A DNA stretch of 64,000 nt. Origin: an uncultured Acidobacteriota bacterium (GTDB lineage Bacteria; Acidobacteriota; Terriglobia; Terriglobales; Acidobacteriaceae). A program made the translations under genes and the position numbers. Of this stretch, positions 11,841 through 21,425 are shown piece by piece (the stretch's first letter is position 1; each line of letters starts with the position of its first letter). The notes below the pieces were generated by a model that saw only the letters and a program-made list of their open reading frames with translations, ran no database searches and was not told the DNA's origin. The stretch covers positions 128,668-192,667 of the forward strand of contig CAWEVD010000013.1 of the NCBI GenBank assembly GCA_963812485.1, given 5' to 3'.

Positions 11841-14800
11841 TCAGGTTTCCCAGGTCGCAAGACGCCCTTCGGCAACCCGCTCTGTAATCCGGCGAACCCA
11901 GGCAGCGATCACGGATGCGAGAACCAGCACGAGTGGCGGGATGACCCAGTAGTATTCGATAAGGAGAACCGTTGCGTATTGATAGCGATCGAGCTCACCG
12001 GCGTGGTAGGCCAGAGTCCCCACCAGGTAAGATTCAAAGCGTCCATCGTGGGAGACGGCCACGCCGCCGTACACAGGGCCCTGGCGCTCTGATGGTGTGA
12101 ACAACGCGCGAACGTCGTCGATTGCGCTGGAGTCCCGGGGAACGATCGCGACCACCAAACGGTCTAGCCGCAGTGGCGAAACGAAGCTTTCAACGAGCAC
12201 AGCAGGATTAGTGCCGTCGCCCAGCAACCGCCTTAACCGGTCACCATCGTATGCGCGAAATGGCCATTCCGGATGCAGCAATAAATTCGATGCACCACCT
12301 TCGTTAACGCGCATTTCAGGGCCGGACAGAGCGAGAGGCATTCTGTCCGCCCACTTCGACAACAATGGCTGCGAATCAAGCGTGCCGATCAGGACGAGGT
12401 CTTTATCTTGTACGCGGTCAAGACGGTCAGCGACGGTGACTGTGAGCCCCGACGCGAGCGCCCCGGTCTGGGCTCCAAAGAAGCCTGTCATATCCAGCAA
12501 CGTTTCGTATTCGGCCAACGTTGGTGCGCTCGGAATGATGACGGCAGTTCGACTGAGATCGGGCCAACGTGTGAAGGGATAACCCGCAGCGGCAAATAAC
12601 TCCAGGCGGGGCAACACGACAGAATGGGGAATTTCGCGAAGATCGAGCGACGATCCTCGATGGATCGCGAAGGACGGCCGCACGTTTGGCGGAGGAGCGT
12701 TTCCCTCAAAGTAGAAGTCGACAGTGAGCGTATTGGCGTATGTCAGCAGACTGCCTGTCGGGAGGTGGAAAACTTCCGACTCCTCGACTGGACTGGAAGC
12801 CACCTTCAGGTGAATGCTATCGATATCTCTTCCATTCAGGCGCACGTGCAGCACGGCCGACGATCCCTTCGGCGTTCCGCCGTATTGGAACTTCAAGAGC
12901 ATTGGGACGGATTGACGGGCGCGCAGGAAGAGGTCGGGCGGCAAGCGAAAATACAGATTGATCGAACCCGTTCCCTGCAATTTCAGGCGCTCGTCCGTTG
13001 TGTAGGCGCCGATCGCGAAAGGCTTATCAGATTGAAGCCATCGCGGAGCGTCATACGCCTGCCTCGCAGGAACCTGAATAATCGGGGTGTAGAAACTTGC
13101 CCCGCGCAGCATCTGGCTGTCGTTAGTCAGTGAGCGAGTGGCTTCGAGCAGATCTTCGGAATGATCGCCGGTAACTATCAGTAACTTACCGTAGGGGTCG
13201 CGAGGATTGTCGCATATCGCAAGAAGCGGGCCCGGCCCGGATGGCAGCGATAGGCCGGCGAGAAGACGCGAGTCACGCAATCGCGAAGACAACCGCATTT
13301 CCATTAGGAAACTCGCCCACGCTGACGGGAAAATGTACGCCGCGTACGTCTGAAAGTGCGCCGAACCACGAAGCGACGAGTGCTGCGCCGCTCAGAACGA
13401 TTTCATCAGGCGAGTCACCGAAGACAAGGGGCAGACTCCAGGACCGTAATCCGGACGGATCGAAGAATGGCAGGGGCAGTAAAGAGAGGTCGTTCGCAAG
13501 GGGCAGCCTTGTTCCACTCAAACTGACCGTGCTGTGCGGATCCAGGGTCACCCACGGCGCGGATTTCGAATCACAAGTCGCACAGGTCCCCAGAAGTTGG
13601 AAAGAGAGCGTGTTGTCGTTCGTCAGCAGGTCCGTGGGCAAGGCGAACTCGGTTTGTTGCGCAGGCCCGGGGGAAAGGACGATCGAGCCCACCTCCGCGC
13701 CATTCAGTGTAAGCTCCAGCCTGACCTCATTCGCGCGGAGATCTGGCGCCGCGTAGTTGAGTCTCAAGGTCGCATTCGTGGTAACCTTGCTGACTGGTTC
13801 GCCGAAGAAGAAGTTCAGTGACGCCCCGCTCCCCAGCAACGAAAGGTCTTTTGCCTCGCCCGCAATTCCCAGTTCAAACTCATCGTGAAAGTTAGCCGGC
13901 TGGATTCCGCCCGCATGTTTCGCCTTCATATTCAGGCCTTGGGATTGAAGGTCAAGGGAATGAAGCTGAAAAGGAAGGAGGAGACATGCGAAGAGCAGAA
14001 TCGGAACGACAAGGGATGCGGCCTCGCTCGTGCGCCTCGCTGGCAGCGGATCCGTTTCGACCGCAGGGGAAGGCATGAAAAGTCCGATCAGCACGATCGG
14101 CAGCCCCCGTATCGCCAACATGAGGATCAGCAGTAAACTGCGCAATGGCCGATCGCCAGGCTGCGAGGTGTGCAACGATCGCCACGCGCTCCGGCGTGAA
14201 GACATCAAGTTTTCGATGTGGCGCTCCTGCTGATCTGTGAGCTCGGGAAAGAACAGGTGTTGACGCCTTCCCGCGGAATGCGCCACCAAGGCGGGAATCT
14301 CGCAACTCGACTTGCCGTCATCGAGCGCGAGCAGAACCGACATACCCTGGGCTAGTTCCAAAGATTCCTCAACCTTCACCGTCGCACTGCGGCGCGACAG
14401 GAGAACTGTGACGCCCCCAATCTGCCGATCGCCTTTGCACCCACGACAAGTTTCAAGTTTCAACGTAGCCGGCACCTTTGCGCGCAGACACGCTCCGGAT
14501 CGCAATCGCCGTCGTTCCCATGCTGCCGAAGCTGCTACTGACAGGATCATCGTGCTGTACATCGTCCATGCGGCGTTCATGATGATCGTGTCTCTATGTG
14601 CGGCATCTGCAATGAAACGGCGCTCCGCCATCACAAGGCCCGCCACGTTCAACGCCAACAGAATCAGGTAAGGCAACGCGATGCGCCGGTTGAAGTACGA
14701 CCGCCGAATGATCCCGCCTTTGCTTGTAACGTTGAATCGTCCGAGCCGCGGATTGATGAGTGCCAGCAGCGTGGGGAAAAGAATGTACGGCGCCAGTACG

Positions 14801-16236
14801 ACCTCGTAGATCTCGTTCCAAAATGAATATCGATACTGTCCTTGAATGCGCGAATTCGTCAGATTTGAAAGCACAAGGTGAGGAAAGGCGTACGCCAGAA
14901 TTGCCCACGTGTAGCCATAGATATTGATCTTCCCAGACAACAGGTAAACCAGCGGCACGGTCAGAAAGAGCAAGCGCGGTAGGGCAAACAGAAAATGGGT
15001 GGTCGCATTGAAGTAGCACAGTCTTTGAGGCAGTGAAAGTCCGGACGCAAACAGAGGGTTCTCAAGACGGAGAATCTGAGTCATGCCGCGCGCCCAGCGA
15101 ATGCGTTGACCGATGTGTGCGGCTAGGCTCTCCGTAGCCAGGCCTGCGGCCTGCGGGATGTTGATATAAGCGGTGTTCCAGCGGACCTTGTGCATGCGAA
15201 GGGCAGTGTGGGCATCTTCGGTGACCGTCTCCACCGCAATGCCGCCAATTTCATCGAGCGCGCTGCGCCGGAGCACCGCGCACGATCCGCAGAAGAAGCT
15301 TGCATTCCAAAGATCGCTCCCGTCCTGCACCAGGCGGTGAAACAGTTCGTCTTCGTTTGGGACTCTGTGGAACTGTCCAAGGTTTCTTTCTAGCGGGTCG
15401 GGAGAATAGAAATGATGCGGAGTCTGCACCACTCCAAGACGAGGTTCACAAAGAAAACATCCCAGTGTCATTTGCAGGAACGAGCGTGCTGGGACATGGT
15501 CTGAATCGAAGATAGCAACCAACTCGCCGCTCAATTCCCGCAGGGCATGATTGATGTTTCCTGCCTTGGCATGCACGTTGTTTTCACGTGCGATGTATTC
15601 CACTCCAACCCGTGCGGCAAACTCACGGAACTCCGCTCTCCCCCCGTCGTCGAGCAAGACAACTCTCATTTTCTCGGGCGGATAGTTGAGGGCCCTGGCG
15701 GCGATGACCGTGGCCTGTACCACGTGAAGGGGTTCGTTATAGGTGGGCACCAGGACATCAACCGTTGGCCAATTGGCCGGGTTTCCGGTAAGGGGCTGTG
15801 GCCGGCGGTTCAGGGGACGCAGAGTCTGGAAATATCCGAGAATCAATGTGGAGAAAGCAAAGAATTCCGCGCCCAGAAGCAGCAATACAAAGATCGTGTC
15901 CGATCGATAGATGTGGCCCGCATTGGTGATTCCCTCCCAGGTTTGGATCACCCGCCAATAGCCGTAGCGCAGAGTACTGAAGACAGAGATGGTCATCAGG
16001 ATCATGGTTACGGTGATCGAGCGCGAACAGGTGTTCAGAAATAATCCAAGCAGTATCAGTAGTGCGCCAAAGATTGCCTGCTCCTGCCAGGCAAGCGGCA
16101 CGGTCAGCAGCGGGGCGAGCACGGCAGCGGCGGCCAGGGCCAATAGTCCCAAGACAACCGATCCGAAGCGCGAATTCCACCAGGATCGTGCAACAGATCC
16201 GATCATGCGGGCTACCTCAACCCATGCTGTGACCAT
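11841..16236 (-). CDS. bcsAB: Fused cellulose synthase catalytic + periplasmic subunit BcsA-BcsB (frameshift near 13275 inside the BcsB part)
   Basis: GT2 motifs LLDDG, HAKAGN, FDSDH, QTPH, FFCGS, TED, QRIRW, FNVTSK; BcsB-like sequence (LPLPFFD, YDAPRW, GYPFT..DLSRTAV, C-terminal TM) starts in the same ORF as BcsA. Confidence 0.9.
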
Positions 16237-16264
16237 ATGCTTGGGCGCTTCCGGGTATGTCTTC

Positions 16265-16300
16265 AGAAAAACTGAAAGCCAGCTCGCATCGCGCCTGGCT
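16265..16300 (-). terminator. Terminator-like hairpin within the bcsAB leader (attenuator candidate)
   Basis: Minus strand AGCCAG-gCGCgatGCGag-CTGGCT followed by TTCAGTTTTTCT, about 30 nt before the first possible bcsA start. Confidence 0.4.
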
Positions 16301-16385
16301 GAGGCGGGTCAATTCTGGATGACAATTACAGCGAGAACCCCCATGGTCTTCCGTTTCCTACCGTGAAAAGGAAACAGGATTCCTA

Positions 16386-16416
16386 AACTCTTAACGCGTT
16401 AAGACTTGATTGTCAA
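16386..16416 (-). promoter_or_regulatory. sigma70-like promoter of bcsAB overlapped by a perfect palindromic operator
   Basis: TTGACA on the minus strand at 16416-16411; perfect 16-bp palindrome TCTTAACGCGTTAAGA at 16389-16404 covers the spacer and a weak -10 (TAAGAG). Confidence 0.6.
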
Positions 16417-16484
16417 GCAGGAAAGGGAATCATGGACGCCATCGCTTGTCCAGGATTCAACCTAGCCAGAGCCCATCTAAGTCG

Positions 16485-17834
16485 TCACTGACGAGAGCGT
16501 CCACCAAATCCAAGATGAGATCCAACTTTAGAGAAGCCAAACTTAACCGAGCGGATGGCCCAACCACCGACTTTCGGGATGACATGCCAGACAGCAGGAC
16601 GCCGCGTAGACTTCGATTCACTTTGCGACTGAGACGGGCCGGAGACATCTGAGATGTTCTTCGGAAGTTGCGGAGTGGAAGCAGCAAACTTGGAGCGTAC
16701 GCGGTGAACTTTGGTTTCTGGAACGCGCAACTTGTGTTGTTGTGACCCCAGCTTTTGCCGGGTTGACGAGAAGAGTTGAAGTGAGGTTGGGGCTCCCAGG
16801 GTCGTAGTTGCCGTGTCTGAGAGAGTCGCGCTTGCCTGCGAGAAGGGTGTAACCGTCACCTCCGGTACCTGCCTCAAAGCGATCGTGAGGGAGACGGCGG
16901 CGAGGCATCCCAACGCCGCTTTTTTGGTCGAGGAATAATCTAGATTGGGTGGCGATACCAGCGCGCGAACCCGCGCGCCGAGCAATGACGGCGGCGAAAG
17001 AAAATCGATCGGGCCGGCGAAATCCTCCCCCGACAGCCGCCAGCTCGCCAAGGTCGTCAGACACGCCGCGTATTCCAGGCGACATGCATCCGAGCGATCC
17101 GCCGAACCATGGTCGCAGGCCAGTTCTCGATCCCAACGCAAATGACGTCGAAGAAGCCAAGCTGCAGGATGAAAGAAAACGAGATAACAGCCAAGAGTCG
17201 CGAGTCTATCCCAGAGATAATCCCGACGCCGAACGTGCATCAGTTCGTGCCTGAGAACGCCCACGAGTTGTGGAGTCTCCAATCGAGAAAGGAACTCGTC
17301 GGGCACCATGATTATGGGGTGCCACCATCCGGTGGCGGCAGGGGACAGAAGGCCCTGGACCAGCCGCAATTCACACCGAGGACCCTGAATGCGCGTGCGG
17401 ACCGAGTCGAAGAGCGATGAGACTGACTCAGGAGCCGGCCTGGAAGCCCGCAACAAAGTCTTCAACTGCCAGAATCGGGCGCAAAAACTCAGTAAGAACA
17501 GGGCGAGAATAGCTACATATGCCCAACACACGCCGTTCAGAACCGTCGGAAAGCGTGTCGTTAACGCAGAATTTAGCGTCCACGACCAATGTGTCTCTGA
17601 AACGGCTACAGGTGCAGCGCTAACCGTCGAAACTGGGGTCTGCTGACCGGACAACAGGAGCGAACCTAACCACGCGGCCACCATGCCCCCGAGAAAGACT
17701 CCGCGCAGCCGAAATCGGAACTGAGGATCCCGGACGAACCGGCACAGAAGCCACAAGAGCATGTATCCAGCCGCAGACTGGAGCACATATGTGAACCAAA
17801 GACTCGAAAGCGCCGATGCAGTCTCACTGTTCAT
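16485..17834 (-). CDS. M56 family metallopeptidase (BlaR1/MecR1-like antirepressor)
   Basis: N-terminal TM helices, HELMHVRRRD, FFHPAAW and RELACD motifs; directly downstream of a BlaI-like gene. Confidence 0.9.
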   Translation of the reverse strand: MNSETASALSSLWFTYVLQSAAGYMLLWLLCRFVRDPQFRFRLRGVFLGGMVAAWLGSLLLSGQQTPVSTVSAAPVAVSETHWSWTLNSALTTRFPTVLNGVCWAYVAILALFLLSFCARFWQLKTLLRASRPAPESVSSLFDSVRTRIQGPRCELRLVQGLLSPAATGWWHPIIMVPDEFLSRLETPQLVGVLRHELMHVRRRDYLWDRLATLGCYLVFFHPAAWLLRRHLRWDRELACDHGSADRSDACRLEYAACLTTLASWRLSGEDFAGPIDFLSPPSLLGARVRALVSPPNLDYSSTKKAALGCLAAVSLTIALRQVPEVTVTPFSQASATLSDTATTTLGAPTSLQLFSSTRQKLGSQQHKLRVPETKVHRVRSKFAASTPQLPKNISDVSGPSQSQSESKSTRRPAVWHVIPKVGGWAIRSVKFGFSKVGSHLGFGGRSRQ

Positions 17835-17876
17835 GTGGCTCCTGGGCTCAGGCGGGAAGCCGAATCTAATGTCAGC

Positions 17877-18278
17877 CTACAACAACTCCTTACGTCGATT
17901 GCGGACTAAGCCCTCGAGCTGACGCAATTCCTCCCCGCTGATGCGCTCATCGCTCAAGAGTTCCATTAACAATTCCGATCGGGAACCGGTGAAGTACCTG
18001 GCCAGGAAATGACGAATGGAGAGTCGATGGACATCCCCCCGGCTGATCAGAGGGCGGAACACAAAGGCACGACCCTCTTGTTTGTGTTCCACTTGCCGCT
18101 TGCGTTCCATGATCCGCAGCCAGGCTTGAACCGTTTTGTAATTTGGAGGTGGATCTTCTCCAGAGGCCGTCACGATGTCCTCAATGGTCCCTTCATCAAT
18201 TCGCCACAGAATTTGCAACAAGCGAAGCTCGCCCGGAGTGGGGAGTTCTACCTTCTGGCTTGGCTGTTTCTTTCCCAT
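17877..18278 (-). CDS. BlaI/MecI/CopY family transcriptional repressor
   Basis: From ATG 18278: PTPGELRLLQILW..NYKTVQAWLRIMERK..EGRAFVFRP..YFTGS..ELRQLE. Confidence 0.9.
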   Translation of the reverse strand: MGKKQPSQKVELPTPGELRLLQILWRIDEGTIEDIVTASGEDPPPNYKTVQAWLRIMERKRQVEHKQEGRAFVFRPLISRGDVHRLSIRHFLARYFTGSRSELLMELLSDERISGEELRQLEGLVRNRRKELL

Positions 18279-18680
18279 CGCTATAGAGATTGTGCAACTA
18301 TAATCCCGTAAGATCAACAGCCTTGAACTCGCGTCGATCGCGGGTGATAGGACTCTGCTGCTTGAGCGTATTGGCCGAGGCTCGCGTTGGCTCGCCGAAA
18401 TAGTCTTCGGGAGTTTCCTCACCAGGCTTGACGCGAGCGGCGAGCTCGACGGCGCGGTAACGCCTTGTTCGCCTTTTCTCGGCACGCCGGAGTATCCGCA
18501 AAAAGAATCTTTACACCACCAACATCGCCAATTTCTCTCCGCGCCGCAGCGAACGCAGTCGAAAACGTGCCCTGAGTTTCTCCAAGGGAACCTGTATTTT
18601 GGGATGTGCGTTTGATGGAATGAACTCCGGGACTCACCGGGACAAGGTGAGATGATGGCGAAGACCACCACAAATTGACC

Positions 18681-20889
18681 ATGAGAAAACTGAGCAGAAT
18701 TCAATGGTTCGGCCCTGCTGCCTTCGCTTTCGCAACCTTCTGCGCATCGAATGTCCGCGCTGCGGCCGTCGCACCCCCTGCTCCAGAACTCTCCACCTCA
18801 AACATTCACATCGCTCTGAGCGCTTCAGGTGCCCGACCGCACCTGGTGTGGATCAGCGGACCAGCGGGCCTTTCCCTGCGCAATCGCGCCCCGGAGCAAC
18901 TGCCTTCGAGTGTCGAGATCGACGGCGCAAGCGTTCTCCTGAAATGGCAGCACAAACCGGAACTCGACGCCGCCGACTCGCGCCGCGTCGTCTTTGTTTA
19001 CGAATCGGCGCAGCCGCATCTCCGCCTCAGTTGGGAGTGGCAGGCCCGTGCGGAGTTTGGCGCCATCGAACACCGCATCGTCATCGAAAATCTGGGCAAC
19101 AAGGAAGCTTGGCTTCCCATGGTCGATTCACTCAGCCTCGATTGGGCGATATCCGCGTCTGACGAATTGCACAATTTCTACGTCGAGAAAGGAGCCGGCA
19201 CTCCCTCAGCGCAGGGCACTCACTTCGAAACCATGGCGGAGGGCTACCGCTGGACGGGTACCTCATCCACCTACGCCCACCCGGCGAAAGGCCAGCCGCG
19301 CGAAATTATTCCCGCCGAAATTGTGTTCTCACCCGCACAGCGCAAGTTAGGCTGGTATGCCGGCATCGAGTTCAGCGGCCGGACACGGATCACGGCTCGA
19401 GCGCAATTCCGGCAGCGTGAAGTCCGTCCTGGGACTGAATCCCGACCCGGGCCCCTTCCGCACCCGGCTCGTTTCGGGCGGCAGTTTCGAATCCCCCACA
19501 GTATTTCTGAGTGCATTCGAGGGTGGTCCCGACGGCGCGGCCAATCAGCTTCGTTCGTGGGTGCGCGCAGTTTTGGGCAACCCGATTACCTGGAAGGACA
19601 AGCACTACCCGTTCGTGGTGAACAACAGTTGGGGCAGCGGCATGGCCGTGGACGAGCCCCTCGCCTTGCGCATGATCGCCGAATCGAAGGAACTCGGTGT
19701 GGAGATGTTTCACATCGACGCCGGCTGGTTTCGCGGCGTGGGCGATTGGTATCCGGACCCGAAGAAGTTTCCGCATGGCCTGGCGTATATCGCCGACGAG
19801 GCTCACAAGCAGGGACTTCGCTTTGGTATCTGGGTGGACTGGACCCAGGCCGCGCTCGACACCGAGCCCGGGGCACTGAACGTGCATGATCCCAAGGTCC
19901 GTAACTGGCTGGTGGCAGACGTTCCTGTTGATTGGAAGCCCGAAGAATTCAAGGGCCAGACCGTCGATCTGGGGGTTCCCGCGGCGCACGATTATCTCCG
20001 CAACGAGGTAAAGCGCATCGTCGAAAACTATCACCTCGACATGCTGGAACACGACGGCTATTTGGTGGCGCAAGGCTGCACGCGCGATGATCACCCGCAT
20101 GCCCCGCCCGATCGCAGCACGATGAAATTAAAACACGATGAGGGCTCGGACTTCGTGCTCGCGTCCAATTCGACGGACGTAAGCTATCACGCTGTCAGAT
20201 CCTACTACGACATTTATGAGCACACACGGCGTGAGCATCCCGGCCTGCTCTTCGAGATCTGCAACGACGGCGGGCGCATGGTGGACTTCGGCAGCGCCGC
20301 GCACGGAGACTATTTCTCCATCACCGATAGCTACGATCCGCTCTCCAATCGCCGCGCCTTCTACGACACCAGCTACATGCTGCCCGCGGCGATGTTGGAA
20401 AGCTATGTTGAAAAATGGCCGGTTCCGCGCCCGGAAAACTTTCTCTACATGCTGCGAAGCGGCATGATGGGCTGGCTCACGCTGATGCTCGACACCAGCG
20501 TGTGGACCCCGGAACAGCACGAAGCCGCGCGCCAGGCCATTGCGCTCTACAAGCGCGAACTGAGGCCGCTCATCCGCGACGCACGCCTCTATCACGTCTC
20601 GCCGCGACCCGATGGCGTGCAATGGGACGGAATGCAATATTGGAACCCTCAACGTGCAAAGGGCGTGGTTTTTGCATTTCGCGGCAGCGTTCCCGGCGAG
20701 TCGGAGCATCGCTTTGTGCTCTCCGGTCTGGATATCTCGACGCGTTACCACCTCCACTTTCAGGACGGGACCGCCCCTGATCGCACCGCAACCGGCAGTG
20801 AGTTGATGAGTGAAGGGCTGGTCGTACGGCTGCAGAATCCATTGAGCTCCGAACTCGTGTTCCTGACAGAAGAAGCCAGAGGGCGGTAA
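18681..20889 (+). CDS. Alpha-galactosidase, GH36-like (frameshift near 19395)
   Basis: Signal peptide; NNSWG, FHIDAGWF..GDW.PDPKKFPHGL, GLRFGIW, FEICNDGG motifs. Confidence 0.85.
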
Positions 20890-20929
20890 AAATTTGCACG
20901 GGCCAACCGAATCAAAGAAAGGGCCCGTT

Positions 20930-21061
20930 ATGAACAAGGCATCATCTGTTGGAAAAATAGTGGTTGTCACCGGAGCGGCTCGCGGCATCGGACGCGCCAT
21001 TTCTGGACCCGGGTTGGGTCAGCATCTCTTCGAGCAGAGCTATCTGAAATCTTTACGATGA
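20930..21061 (+). pseudogene. 5' fragment of a short-chain dehydrogenase (SDR)
   Basis: MNKASSVGKIVVVTGAARGIGRAI (TGxxxGIG), then unrelated sequence and a stop after 43 aa. Confidence 0.65.
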
Positions 21062-21425
21062 TGGTTCACTTGCTCTTGTCCAGAGCCGAAGGCAATGGGC
21101 CTCTTCTGCGATCTTCCATTTGACCGATTACGATGAGACTCCACCGAAAGATTGAGTAAGGTACCAATCGACCGGTGCAGGACAGTACATAGACTCAGGT
21201 ACTACTGTTCATCCGTGCAGCCCGCCGAACGATTTCTTCCCCTGAACTTTGGCGGAGCCCTGCCCCTGGTGATGCGCGCCAGCATTCTCTAACTCATGAT
21301 GCCTTTGACGATGCGGCAAGTATTTTGGCGCATATGTCATCGCCATCAATGTCGACAGGTTCCACGCGAACCACGACGTCACTCTGTTTGTAGTGCCAAG
21401 TCTTCTGGGAGAGGCCGAAAACAAC

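Noticed and set aside
13260-13310. Programmed frameshift separating BcsA and BcsB
   Set aside because: The break lies inside the BcsB region, no slippery site is visible, and similar indels occur throughout the window
16240-16385. Canonical c-di-GMP-I/II riboswitch upstream of bcsAB
   Set aside because: No GCAAAC..GAAA..GACGCAAA or class II core found; kept only as an unclassified leader
18279-18315. BlaI operator upstream of the repressor
   Set aside because: Only loose TAC..TAG-like matches; no convincing palindrome
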